Assembly (NCBI GenBank): GCA_963774265.1
Contig: CAVZDU010000005.1
Coordinates: 96,001 to 160,000, forward strand
DNA from: an uncultured Chloroflexia bacterium
Lineage (GTDB): Bacteria; Chloroflexota; Anaerolineae; CG2-30-64-16
Reading direction: 5' to 3'
DNA length: 64,000 nt
Shown: piece by piece, positions 25,232 to 34,711 of the stretch
Layout of the letters: the number at the start of each line of letters is the position of its first letter
Numbering within the stretch: position 1 is the stretch's first letter
Made by a program: the position numbers and the translations under genes
The notes under the pieces: model-generated
Seen by the model: only the letters and a program-made list of their open reading frames with translations
The model's database searches: none
What the model was told of the DNA's origin: nothing

Positions 25232-26042
25232 TTAGTTAGTAACGTCTCGGCCCATGACGTGCCGGCGCAAGATGGGCGTCGCTTGCGCGGGCGTCATGGT
25301 CAGTTGCCAGCCCAGGCGCCGGCGCTCAGGATCGCGCCATGCGGCGACGCCCAGGTCGATCAAGATATCGCGCTTCTTGGCGAAGGCGGCGCGCGCTGCC
25401 GGCGCGGGCGGGATGCCTTGCGCGCTCTCGGACGTGCCGACATTCGCGCACTTGGTCACGAAGGCCAGCAGGTCGACCAGTTCGGCCTGCGCTGCGTTTG
25501 CCTTCTGGATGCGGCCGGCCGTCGCGGGCTTCGCTTGGATTGACCAGCACGGGCGCGGCGTTGACGGTCGGCCTGCCGACATAGCGGTCGCCGTCCAGGT
25601 CGCGCTGCGTGATAGTTTCGATCTGCCATAGCAGGGCGTCGGCCAGGCGCAGGCGCCATAGCCAGGCCAGCGCCAGGACCACGGCGAAGACGATCACGGG
25701 CACGCGCCAGGACCAGCCGGCCGCCCAGGCCAGCAGGCCGGCCATGACGCCGAAGGCGCAGGACGTCAGGAAGGCTTGCGCTGCCGGCACTTGGACGTCA
25801 CTTTCCCAGGTCACGGCGCGCTGCGCCTTCCTGGTCTCGTATTGCGCGACGGATTCGTCTTCCTGGTGCGCTTGCGGCAGGTGTAGCTGGATCACGGGTG
25901 CCGGCAGGCGCGGCCTCCAGCCTTCAGGCGGCCTCACGTCTTCAGGCAGCGCCGGCAGCAGCTCGCCTTCGATCTCTTGGCGGCTCAGGTTGCGCTGCGT
26001 GTAATGCGCCGGTATTGTGTCGATCAATCGCCTAGTTGCCAT
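25232..26042 (-). CDS. Hypothetical membrane protein with two TM helices (frameshift near 25520)
   Basis: ORF 25326-26042 continues in ORF 25232-25582; hydrophobic hairpin and a DLDGD motif. Confidence 0.6.
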
Positions 26043-26222
26043 GCTGTGTATCTTCCAAAAACAAACGCCGGTCGGCTCGGCTGATATGTCGCCAAGCTGA
26101 CCGGCGTAAGTTGCACGGCTGCGCTGTAATGGTAGAATCGTTATAACCGTGTCGCCGGTAGCTTCGGCGGTTGCGGCCAGGGCCGCGCAGGTGTTAGTAG
26201 CACTTGCGCGGTCTGCTTTTCG

Positions 26223-26402
26223 TCAGTCTTCGGTCGCTTCTCCTTGATACTTCGGTAACTCGATCTCGCCATTGGTCCAGGCGCTCAGCAGCCGGCGCAA
26301 GACTTGCGCCAGCGTGATATCTTCGGCCTGCGCCTTCTTCTCGGCTCGGTCGAAGAGTTCCTGCGGTAGTCTGAAGCGAAAGCTCTTATCCTTCGGTATC
26401 AT
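26223..26402 (-). CDS. Ribbon-helix-helix (CopG/Arc-like) DNA-binding protein
   Basis: KSFRFRLPQELFDRAEKKAQAEDITLAQVLRRLL pattern. Confidence 0.7.
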   Translation of the reverse strand: MIPKDKSFRFRLPQELFDRAEKKAQAEDITLAQVLRRLLSAWTNGEIELPKYQGEATED

Positions 26403-26494
26403 GTGTCCCTCATGTGTCACTGAAGGGACTATAACCCAAGGCGACACAGGTGTCAAATTGGCGAAGTGCCGCGCAAGTCGGTTGTCAAGGTGCG

Positions 26495-26528
26495 TAACTG
26501 GCATTATCCCTAGTGATAATGCCAGTTA
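26495..26528. other. lox/dif-like site: perfect 14-bp arms around a 6-bp spacer
   Basis: taactggcattatc-cctagt-gataatgccagtta. Confidence 0.7.
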
Positions 26529-26542
26529 TAAGAAGTTATAGC

Positions 26543-26791
26543 CTACTCGGTCCGACCGACGCGCAGCCGACCGTGCTGCTCGATCTCGCAGATCGCCGAC
26601 GCCATGACTGCCGCGCTCATGCTGCGCCAGGCGACTTCTGACAGTTGGCCTTGACTGTGGCGCATGGCTGCGTCGTGTAGCTTGGCCCATTCGATGACGT
26701 CCAGCGCGGCCAGCACTTCTAACGTCAGCTCTTCAACTTGCTGCGCCAGGGTGGGCTTGATCGCGGCGCGACGCGTCGTGACGTCAGCCAT
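26543..26791 (-). CDS. Hypothetical protein
   Basis: 82-aa ORF co-oriented with its neighbours. Confidence 0.45.
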   Translation of the reverse strand: MADVTTRRAAIKPTLAQQVEELTLEVLAALDVIEWAKLHDAAMRHSQGQLSEVAWRSMSAAVMASAICEIEQHGRLRVGRTE

Positions 26792-26871
26792 GCGGGCCGC
26801 GGTCGCAAACGAAAGTTCGCCGCGCTGTTACGTTCTCGCCCATTTTCGCACCTTTCCCCCGCGCGGGAGGG

Positions 26872-27336
26872 TTAGAAACCGTTTATCGCCAGGTCGTCAA
26901 AATCTCTGCCATACGTCCGTTGACACCACAGCTCAATGAGCGGTGCGTTTTCGTCTGCCCATGCGTTGGCCTCGCGTTCCTGTTGTGCGTTGACACTTGC
27001 CGCCTTCGCATTACTGCGCGCCGCACTCGCAGGCCCAAGTTGCGCGTCAAGTTCGGCTATCCGCGCGACACGTTCGGCTTGTTCCCGTTCGGAGATGTGC
27101 CGCCGCGCGCAATGGCCTAGCTTGATGTGCGCGATTTCATGACTCAACGCCCAAAGCAAGCTGGGCTTGCTGGGGTCGCCATGTATCGCGATGCGCGGGT
27201 CAATCACGATGTGCCAGGCGCGTTCACCTTCGCCCATGCGCGCGCACGCCAGCCCGCCAGGCTCGTACGCCGGGTAGACAATGCACCGTTCACCGCACAT
27301 TTTCGATGCTACACGCGCCAAGAAAAAGACGTTCAT
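26872..27336 (-). CDS. HExxH zinc metallopeptidase-like protein (ImmA/IrrE-like)
   Basis: LSHEIAHIKLGH followed by EREANAWA. Confidence 0.65.
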   Translation of the reverse strand: MNVFFLARVASKMCGERCIVYPAYEPGGLACARMGEGERAWHIVIDPRIAIHGDPSKPSLLWALSHEIAHIKLGHCARRHISEREQAERVARIAELDAQLGPASAARSNAKAASVNAQQEREANAWADENAPLIELWCQRTYGRDFDDLAINGF

Positions 27337-27947
27337 TACCCCGCCTCTCTCTCTGATTCCAGGTCGTTGACCGTCAGGGTGGTTGCCAACGCGCACGCTT
27401 GGGAGACGATCACGAAGGTAAGTTGTGCCTCTTCCACCACGCGCCGCGCCTCTTCCCGTAGGGTGTCGCGAGACTCACCCGCAGCCTGCTTTTGCTCCGC
27501 CGCGAATGGCGCGATACTTTGCCGCGCACGTTCTAGCGCGGCGTTAGCTGCCACGTTCGCGCGTGTCTCAAAGCGCCGTAAGAACGGGATACGCGTTTCC
27601 AGTTCCGCGCGCCGCTGTAGCCAAGCGTCAAGTTGCGCCTCTTCCGTCGGCTCGTGCTCCAAATGCGCGGCCAGCGCCCGCGTCGCTTCAAGCACTACGC
27701 CATGCAACCGCGCTTGCTCTGCGGCCGTCGCGCGCACATCGTCAGCCAGGGCTTGCGGGACAAGCGCAACAAGTTCCGCCTTGATTTCCGAAACCCGCTC
27801 GACCGTGGGGCGCAGCGCTTCAGCCCGGCGTTCCGCATCGGCGTGGGCAACTGCGATATTTGCCGCGTCGATTGTCGCTTGCCGGTCCTCTGTCATGGGT
27901 TCCAACCCAATCCAACCCGACCACCTTGAGAAAAATCCGCCTGTCAT
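27336..27947 (-). CDS. Hypothetical alpha-helical/coiled-coil protein
   Basis: AAAGGA Shine-Dalgarno; rich in A/E/R; abuts the next gene. Confidence 0.6.
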   Translation of the reverse strand: MTGGFFSRWSGWIGLEPMTEDRQATIDAANIAVAHADAERRAEALRPTVERVSEIKAELVALVPQALADDVRATAAEQARLHGVVLEATRALAAHLEHEPTEEAQLDAWLQRRAELETRIPFLRRFETRANVAANAALERARQSIAPFAAEQKQAAGESRDTLREEARRVVEEAQLTFVIVSQACALATTLTVNDLESEREAG

Positions 27948-27992
27948 GCTGTGTTCCTTTCTGCCCGCTTAGGGCTGCCATTTGCTAACAAA

Positions 27993-28583
27993 CTAGAAGG
28001 TGATAAATGCGAATAGCTTCCTGCTGTCTGGCACGCGCTCGGCATACCAGCAGGCAAGCGCTGCGCTCAGGACGAGATCGTCGTGTACGCCCTCGCGCCA
28101 GGCAGCATAGCTGTCATGGGCCGTTTGCGGGTCGATCTTGACCTTGAAGTTTAGAAGCTCGGTTATCATGGTCGGGCCTAAAGCCAGGCCGTCAGCGACC
28201 TTCAGCCGGCCAGTCTGCAAGACGGTCAGCAGGCCGAAGACTAGATCGCGCTTCGGCACGCGCCAATGACCGGCTTCGCAGACGGGCTTGTCGCCGCCCG
28301 TAATGGTTACGGGTGCGACGGCCAGCTGCGCCTGGTGCAGCAGGTCGACCACGGGCGCGCCTACGCCGGTCGCATCCGCGACGATGATGTAACGCCCGTC
28401 GATCTCTGGACCTTCGACCAGCTCTTTGACGCGCGCGACGATGGCCGGGTATGGCGTGCCTAACTTCGGGCGTTCGATATGCCGCAAGGCGTAGGTTATC
28501 GGCTCGGTCTCCAGGCGCTCGATCACGGTTATAGCCGTGTAGTCGGTCGCTTGGCCCAGGTCCAGCCCGACAAAGTATGTCAT
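27993..28583 (-). CDS. Terminase large-subunit nuclease (RNase H-fold) domain encoded as a separate gene
   Basis: GLDLGQATDYTA, ADATGVG, HDDLVLSAALA; own GGAGG Shine-Dalgarno. Confidence 0.8.
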   Translation of the reverse strand: MTYFVGLDLGQATDYTAITVIERLETEPITYALRHIERPKLGTPYPAIVARVKELVEGPEIDGRYIIVADATGVGAPVVDLLHQAQLAVAPVTITGGDKPVCEAGHWRVPKRDLVFGLLTVLQTGRLKVADGLALGPTMITELLNFKVKIDPQTAHDSYAAWREGVHDDLVLSAALACWYAERVPDSRKLFAFITF

Positions 28584-28585
28584 AT

Positions 28586-29336
28586 TCAACCTCCGAATAG
28601 CGGCTTGACGTCTGCCGTAATGCTCGACATGACTAGGTCATAGCCGAAGACCTGGTCGACGGTTTCGACAAATTCGCAAAGGTATTCTTGGCGATACCAG
28701 AAGTCGCCAAGCGCGGCGCGCTCTTCTGCCAGGAAGGCCGGCGCGATCGCGCGGGCAGTCGTGCGCTGTGACCTTGACACGCTGCCAGCCGGCGCCGCCA
28801 TTGGTCCAGGTATCGAAGTACCAGCCGCGCTTGCCGAAGGGCGTGCTCAGGCCGACCAGCCGCCCGCCCGATACGGCCAGCATGGGCCGCACGCTGAAGT
28901 ATAGGTCGTCGGGTACGCGCGCGGCTTCGTCCAGGACCAGTAGATTGACGCCACTGTAGCCGCGGATCGTCTCTTCCTTGCCCGGCAGCGATACGATGCG
29001 GCTGCCGTTCTTCAGGTGCAGCGCCAGGGCGCTCTCTGCGGCGCTAGGTGCTTCTGTGGCGAATTGCGCGTAGAATGACATGACCTTGCGGAAAAGCTCG
29101 CCAGACTGGCGCAGCGACGGCGACAGCAGTAAGACCAGCGCAGGCGGGCGATAGATTGCTTCCCACAAGGCCGCGCAGGCGGTCACGGTTGACTTGCCGG
29201 CCTGCCGGGTGCATAACAGCAGCGACCGCGGCGCTCGGCTGCGCAGTAGATCACGCTGCCATTGGTCGGGGTCCAGGCCGGCGCGGGCCATGACCAGCGA
29301 TGGGTCAAGCGCGACGGCCAGGTCGTCAGTCAACAT
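28586..29336 (-). CDS. Terminase large-subunit ATPase domain (one indel near 28748)
   Basis: Q motif (WQ), Walker A CTRQAGKS, Walker B LLVLDEAA, coupling motif LSTP, and QEYLCEF after the frameshift. Confidence 0.85.
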
Positions 29337-29811
29337 TGCGCAGCGCCTCCGCGACGGCGATACGGGCGTCAGGGTACGGCGCCAGCGCGTCAAGGATCAC
29401 GCCGCGCACGCGCTGCCAGTCGGGCGACTGGACCAGCACGGCGACTTGCACGCGCTCGGCCTCCAGTTCTCCGACGATGCGCCCGACCAGCTCCAGGTTC
29501 TGCCGCGCTTGGCTGACAGCTTGCAGCGCGGTGCGCAGGTCTTGCGCCTCGTAAGCGATTTTCAGTATGTTCATGGTGACGATCTGCAAGCGCTTCATTT
29601 GCGCCAGCAGATCATCGGCCTGCGCGACCTCGCGCGCTTCCTGCGCCTTCGCCAGCGCCGCGGGAAGGTGCTTCTCTTTGTGCCGGCGCAGCGACGTCTC
29701 GATAACGTCGTATAGCGTCGCAATCTCGCGATTTGAGACGCTACCGGCAGCCAGCGCACGGTCGATAGCTTCGCGCTGCGGGTGGGTGCAGATCGTGCAA
29801 GGTCGCGTCAT
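29326..29811 (-). CDS. Putative small terminase / HTH protein
   Basis: CTICTHP zinc motif, HTH (NREIATLYDV...SLRRH), helical tail; overlaps the start of the terminase ATPase gene. Confidence 0.6.
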   Translation of the reverse strand: MTRPCTICTHPQREAIDRALAAGSVSNREIATLYDVIETSLRRHKEKHLPAALAKAQEAREVAQADDLLAQMKRLQIVTMNILKIAYEAQDLRTALQAVSQARQNLELVGRIVGELEAERVQVAVLVQSPDWQRVRGVILDALAPYPDARIAVAEALRNVD

Positions 29812-29825
29812 TTTCGTTGCCTCAT

Positions 29826-30146
29826 TTATTCGTCTTCGACCAGCCAGTCGGGCGCCATGCCGGCGAAGGGGTTAGACTCTGCGTCGGGCTTGTGCGCGCC
29901 ATACCTGCGCAGGTGCTTCGCCAGGTTCTCCTGGAGGGCGTACAGTAGCAGCCAGGCGTTATGCGGCGTCATGATGATGCGGGCGTCGACCTGGACCGTC
30001 AACGGGCTAGGCAGCAGCTTGGCGAAGTCGATCACAATCTCAGACTCAGCATGGCTGATAATCGCGTGATTGCTGTAAACCGGCTCCAGCTTCGCAGGTA
30101 GCCAGACGGCGACCTGCGGGGCGCTGCGCTTCTTATGCTTGCTCAT
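29826..30146 (-). CDS. DUF3467-like protein
   Basis: VYSNHAIISH...EIVIDF...ARIIMTP pattern. Confidence 0.7.
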   Translation of the reverse strand: MSKHKKRSAPQVAVWLPAKLEPVYSNHAIISHAESEIVIDFAKLLPSPLTVQVDARIIMTPHNAWLLLYALQENLAKHLRRYGAHKPDAESNPFAGMAPDWLVEDE

Positions 30147-30212
30147 ATCTTCGATCTCCTGTGCTTGGGCCGGCCTGCGACCTCTTGTCAGCAGGCCGGC
30201 GCAGGTGTATGC

Positions 30213-30743
30213 TTAGGCCAGGTCTTCGTCAGTCGGGCCTGGATCGGCTAGGTCGTCGTCACTCAGTTCGGGCCAGCCGGGCGGCTCGGCGTGCGAAGTC
30301 TGCGCTACGGTCGCCCGCGGTTGCATCGCGGGCGGCTGCGCGTCTGGCGCTGGCTGTGCCCTTCTGGTCGGCAGCGCGGCGCGGACCGGCAGCACATCTT
30401 TGACCTTGTTATAGGTCTCGCCGTCGCTGCCGCGCTCGGTGCTGACGACGATCTGGACGCGCTTGTCCAACAGGTCGTCGCTGTCGAAGGTGTAGTCGTC
30501 GGGAATGGCACGCCCGCCAAAGATCGCGGCCTTGGCCCAGGCCCATAGCTTCGCCTTGGGTGACAGCTTGCAGGACGTCCAGCCGGTCAGCGACCGATCG
30601 CTGAAGTCAGGGTCCAGCAGGTCGAAGCGGATCTTAAGCTGACTACCGAATTGCCCTTCGGCCTGCTCTACGTTGCCGACCTGCGCCATATAGACGCCAG
30701 CCGGGATAGGTTCATACTTCGTCTGTTCAATTTTGATTCCCAT
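30213..30743 (-). CDS. Putative phage-type single-stranded DNA-binding protein (DUF669-like)
   Basis: YEPIPAGVYMAQV N-terminus, beta-rich core and acidic C-terminal tail; next to the primase. Confidence 0.55.
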   Translation of the reverse strand: MGIKIEQTKYEPIPAGVYMAQVGNVEQAEGQFGSQLKIRFDLLDPDFSDRSLTGWTSCKLSPKAKLWAWAKAAIFGGRAIPDDYTFDSDDLLDKRVQIVVSTERGSDGETYNKVKDVLPVRAALPTRRAQPAPDAQPPAMQPRATVAQTSHAEPPGWPELSDDDLADPGPTDEDLA

Positions 30744-30788
30744 TGCGATTGCTCCTAAGTGTGCTGTGTGCCTTGCGGCTTTGGGTTG

Positions 30789-30852
30789 CGTCTGCGTGTG
30801 TGCGGTCCAGGCACGTCTGCGTTTGTGCGGTCCAGGCACGTCTGCGTTTGTG
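30789..30852. repeat. 2.5 tandem copies of a 25-bp unit (iteron-like)
   Basis: cgtctgcgt(g/t)tgtgcggtccaggca at 30789 and 30814, partial copy at 30839. Confidence 0.8.
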
Positions 30853-30855
30853 TTC

Positions 30856-31206
30856 TCAGGCGGCAGCCTCCAAGTCGGCTACATACAGCGTGCCGGTCGT
30901 CGGGTCGCCCCCGACGATGCGCAGCCCGCGCTCGGCCAGGTACTCGCTCGGCGTGAAGTCCCACGATAACGGGATATGCAGCGGTTGCGCGTTCGGGTCG
31001 CTGCGCCAGGACAGCCGGCGCAGGTAGTCGAGCAGCTCGGCCTTATGCTCGGCCAGGCCGGCGCGCAGATCGTCGTCTATGGCGCCCTTCGGCGCTTCGA
31101 CATACAGTCTCTCGCCGCGCGCGGCAAGCCCGATTTGCCGGCCTTCGCACTCGTTTAGCAGGTCAGATAGCTCTTGATAATGTCGCTTGTAAGAAGGCAT
31201 TGTCAT
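30856..31206 (-). CDS. Small primase-associated hypothetical protein (TubC-N-like)
   Basis: LYVEAPKGAIDDDLRAGLAEHKAELLDYL; overlaps the primase stop codon. Confidence 0.55.
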   Translation of the reverse strand: MTMPSYKRHYQELSDLLNECEGRQIGLAARGERLYVEAPKGAIDDDLRAGLAEHKAELLDYLRRLSWRSDPNAQPLHIPLSWDFTPSEYLAERGLRIVGGDPTTGTLYVADLEAAA

Positions 31207-33551
31207 AGCTCGAAGACCTCCACTTCGACAGGCGCGACTACCTGGTCGTCAGTCTGTGCCGTTATGCCGTCGCTGCCGTTTGTGCCGTTAATATAGAGAG
31301 TATCGCCTTGGGTCTTCTCCAGTTCTTCAGGTATCGGCAGCCCATAGGCGACCAGCCAGCCGACAAGGTCGGCCGCGCTGATATGCCAGCCCTTCGCTTT
31401 CGACGTGCGCTCGGCCTTCAGGCGCATCTTGCCCAGGACGCGACCGACGCGGCGCGACGTTACGCTATCCGGGTCCATGTCGGCCTCGATTTCCTCGACT
31501 ACTTCCTTCGCGGCCTGCGTGATGGCTGAAGTCTTGAAGGTAAATGCCTTCTCGACAGTCTCCTTATTAACGGCACTAATGGCATTGGCGGCATAACGGC
31601 ACAAGGCGCGAATGACGATGGCGGTCAGGTCGCCGATCTCCAGATCGACGCGCTCTTCCTGGTAGGCTAGGCTCAGGGCTTCGATGCGGTCCCATAAGCC
31701 GGCTGTGCCGTTATCGTCCAGCCATAAGGCGACGGCCAGGATCGCGCGCCAAGGCTCCAGGTTGCGACCAGTCAGGCGGCCGCGCTCGTTAACCAGCGTC
31801 TCATAGCGCGGCAGCTCAGGCAGCCGGCTCAGGCCCAAGGCCCATAGATCGTCAAGTAAGCTGCGCCGGTCGTGCGGCCATAGCTCATAGTCCAGCGGGT
31901 CAGCGTTCGCCCGGTAGCGGTCGGGTGTGCGGATTAACGGCACGATGATTGTGCGGCTTGCCAGGATTGCGTCGGGTAGCTTAGTTGCGCTGAAGAGACG
32001 CGGGCAGAAGGTGTTGACATAGCGTGTGCGCCATTGGCGCTCGCCGGCAGACTCTTTTACCGGCACGGTATTGCCGCGCCGGTTGCCGGCCAGTAGCAGC
32101 GCGCGCTTGTCAGGATCACTTGACTTTGCGTCGCTCATGTTCTCGGCGTCGTCGAAGGCCAGCATGGCGCCATAGTCGGCCAAATCGCGCAGACTTGCAA
32201 AGCTGCCGCCCGCCAAGATCACTTGGCCCAAGTAGCCAAGTTCAGCATCGACGGTCAGTAACTGCGTCTTGCCGCTGCCGCGGTCGCCGTTCGGCCATAG
32301 GAAGCCGACCACGTTGAAGGCGTCCAGAAAGTAGGAAGCCAGCACGTAGCAGGCGTTTAGCTCAGCCATTGTGCGCTGGTCAGCCAATGACTTGTTGAAG
32401 TCAATGAAGCGGTCGACAGTGTCAGTCACGCGGGCGAAGACGCCGGCCGGGTCGGGTCGCTGACCGGCTTTATATGCCTTGACAGCGCGGGCGCTCCATA
32501 GCTTCTCAGCGGGCGGGATTTCAGGCAGATGCACTTCGATAGCCAGCTCCTCGAAGCTGGCGTCGCCGCCGTCGCCAAAGATGCGGCCATCGTCACGGAT
32601 CACGAAGACCTGTCGCGTTGTCGTGATAATAGGCGGGTTATGCCGCACGATCTCGCCGGTCTTCGATATGCTCTCGGTCTGCGTGACCTTGACGTATAGC
32701 CAGGTCGCCGCGTAGGCGCGGCCGTCGATCAAGGCCAGCGGGCGGCCTATCATGCGCGGCTCGGCCTCCAGTAATTCGATCTGTGCCGGCGACGGCGTCG
32801 GCAGCGGTCGCGGTGCTTCGACCAGGGCTTCCAGCTCGGCGCGGGTATGACCGGCTGCGAAGAAGTCGTCAATACCTTGTTTCTTGCCGCCCTCGCCGGG
32901 CGGCAGATAGACAACGGTTACGCGCGCGCCGCGGCGCTGTAGGAAGGGCGTCAGGCGCTTCAGGGCTTGTTGCACTTCAAACTTGCGCGTTACGTCACTG
33001 TCGAAGACGATGCGCACAGCGCGGCCCTTCAGGGCGACGTCTTCCCAGTCGGCTAGGGCAGTTGTGCCGCCCACGTCATTGCTGCCGCGCCAGTTCCAGA
33101 CGCCAAGTAGGGCGATAGCGCAATAGCCTTGCGAAGCCAGCGCGTCGGCCTTCTTCTGGCCCTCTGTCAGCCATAGGTCGACGGTCGGGTCGCCAAGTTG
33201 CGGGCGACAGGTAGGCGGGCAGTCCAGGCGCATCGAAGCCTTCTTCGGTTGCTCATACTTCAGGACGTCCTGCGGGTAGGTGCCGTCTGGAAGCTTCGGC
33301 TTGTCCTTCTTGTCGAAGACGCGCGGCGCATCGGGTCGAATCACATACAGGCCATTACTGGCATCGGGCGGGCAGACGGGCAAGACCAGCGCCGGCACGC
33401 GGCGCTGCGCAGGTGCAAAGCCCAGGTCGGCCAGTTCTTCGCGGGCCGTCGCGGTGAAGTAGCCGCGCGCTTGGATCACGGCGTCGCTGATAGCCGATTC
33501 CTCGCGCAATATGGCGCGATGCTCAGGCGACAGGTAGCTTCTGTCTGGCAT
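31203..33551 (-). CDS. Replication protein: DUF3854/Toprim-like primase fused to a P-loop NTPase
   Basis: LWLTEGQKKAD, IVFDSD, KQGIDDF; Walker A GDRGSGKT and Walker B LAFDDAE. Confidence 0.85.
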   Translation of the reverse strand: MPDRSYLSPEHRAILREESAISDAVIQARGYFTATAREELADLGFAPAQRRVPALVLPVCPPDASNGLYVIRPDAPRVFDKKDKPKLPDGTYPQDVLKYEQPKKASMRLDCPPTCRPQLGDPTVDLWLTEGQKKADALASQGYCAIALLGVWNWRGSNDVGGTTALADWEDVALKGRAVRIVFDSDVTRKFEVQQALKRLTPFLQRRGARVTVVYLPPGEGGKKQGIDDFFAAGHTRAELEALVEAPRPLPTPSPAQIELLEAEPRMIGRPLALIDGRAYAATWLYVKVTQTESISKTGEIVRHNPPIITTTRQVFVIRDDGRIFGDGGDASFEELAIEVHLPEIPPAEKLWSARAVKAYKAGQRPDPAGVFARVTDTVDRFIDFNKSLADQRTMAELNACYVLASYFLDAFNVVGFLWPNGDRGSGKTQLLTVDAELGYLGQVILAGGSFASLRDLADYGAMLAFDDAENMSDAKSSDPDKRALLLAGNRRGNTVPVKESAGERQWRTRYVNTFCPRLFSATKLPDAILASRTIIVPLIRTPDRYRANADPLDYELWPHDRRSLLDDLWALGLSRLPELPRYETLVNERGRLTGRNLEPWRAILAVALWLDDNGTAGLWDRIEALSLAYQEERVDLEIGDLTAIVIRALCRYAANAISAVNKETVEKAFTFKTSAITQAAKEVVEEIEADMDPDSVTSRRVGRVLGKMRLKAERTSKAKGWHISAADLVGWLVAYGLPIPEELEKTQGDTLYINGTNGSDGITAQTDDQVVAPVEVEVFEL

Positions 33552-33711
33552 TGGTTGTCTCGATTTCGGTCTGTTGGGTAGTCTGGTCGGCAGCCTGCGC
33601 GCGTTGCCGCGCGGCCAGGTCCAGCAATAGGGCATAAACCGCGCCCAGGCGCCGCTTGCGCTCTTCGTCGGTCATGGGTGCGGCGGTCGGTCGGTCAGCT
33701 TTGGCGGTCAT
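33523..33711 (-). CDS. Small hypothetical protein
   Basis: AAGGAG Shine-Dalgarno; overlaps both neighbours. Confidence 0.5.
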   Translation of the reverse strand: MTAKADRPTAAPMTDEERKRRLGAVYALLLDLAARQRAQAADQTTQQTEIETTNARQKLPVA

Positions 33712-33889
33712 GCTGCGCTCCTTGCGGCTCGGCAGCCGGCGCCGGCTCGGTGGATAGCTCGCGCTTGACAGCGTCGCGCACAAGCTGCGCCAGAACGGCT
33801 TCTTCAGGTTCGCGGCGCTTCTCGGCAAGCTCGGCCAGCGCCAGGCGCTCCATTAGCGGTAGTCTTATCCTTTGCCAGCCTACGGTCAT
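33695..33889 (-). CDS. Small RHH-like DNA-binding protein
   Basis: IRLPLMERLALAELAEKRREP...LAQLVRDAV; GGAG Shine-Dalgarno. Confidence 0.5.
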   Translation of the reverse strand: MTVGWQRIRLPLMERLALAELAEKRREPEEAVLAQLVRDAVKRELSTEPAPAAEPQGAQHDRQS

Positions 33890-33899
33890 ATGCATCTCC

Positions 33900-33939
33900 A
33901 AAAACAAGAATGGGCGTGACTTTCGATCACGCCCATTCT
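33900..33939 (-). terminator. Intrinsic terminator/attenuator ahead of the replication operon
   Basis: 13-bp perfect stem agaatgggcgtga/tcacgcccattct followed by TGTTTTT on the minus strand. Confidence 0.65.
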
Positions 33940-33968
33940 CATATGGTTTGCCGTTCGCTTAGGTCTAT

Positions 33969-34671
33969 TTAGACATTTCGCACTTTTCGCACAAGCCTAG
34001 TTTCGATCTCTCGCTTGATCTCGGCTTCGATCTCAGGCCAAGTCTCACGGTAGCGCTCCAGGGTCGACCGCGCCTTGCCGACCAATTGCGCAGCTTCGTC
34101 TCGGCTATTGCCGTTCTCCAGGTAATAGCGAAGATACTTTCTCAGTTCGCCCTCCATGACCTCGCGGCGTGGGTCGCCAGGCTCCAGGTCTGCCAGTCGT
34201 GGCGCGCCGTACGTCGCGCGCTCGCGGCGGCTCGGCCTGCGTCTGGTCGATCACCAGCCCGCGCTGCGTTAGTTCGGCCTGGACCTTCTCCCATAGTGGC
34301 GCCATACTCGAAAAGTCTTCGACCAGTTCGCTTTGCGCGGGCTTGTCGCGATCAGTCTTGGTATACTGGACGATGCGCGCACTCGCAGTTAACAGGGTGT
34401 AGTCGGTTAGCTTCTCGGCTTGAAACATGCCGCCCCTGAATCCCTGCCTATCGGGCGAATATCGGCCTATGACTTCGATCACGATAACGGGCGTCTCTTC
34501 TGGTAGGTCCAGTGTCGACCAGTTGCGCACCTTCCTGGTAACATCGGCCATACTGGTAGGCCGGTCTTCGTGGGGATACACCACAGGACGAAGGTCAGGG
34601 TCTTCGGCCAGGACGGCCAGCACGCGCCGGGCGATCTGCGCCGGTGTGCCCTTGCATTTGATCTCTTCCAT
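33969..34671 (-). CDS. Hypothetical protein with a C-terminal HTH (frameshift near 34225)
   Basis: ORF 34105-34671 joins the frame ending SRDEAAQLVGKARSTLERY. Confidence 0.55.
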
Positions 34672-34711
34672 CGTCTCACCTCTGCGTTTGCGTTTGCGTT
34701 TTTGGCCGGCT

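Noticed and set aside
30789-30852. Mini-CRISPR
   Set aside because: The units are directly adjacent with no spacers.
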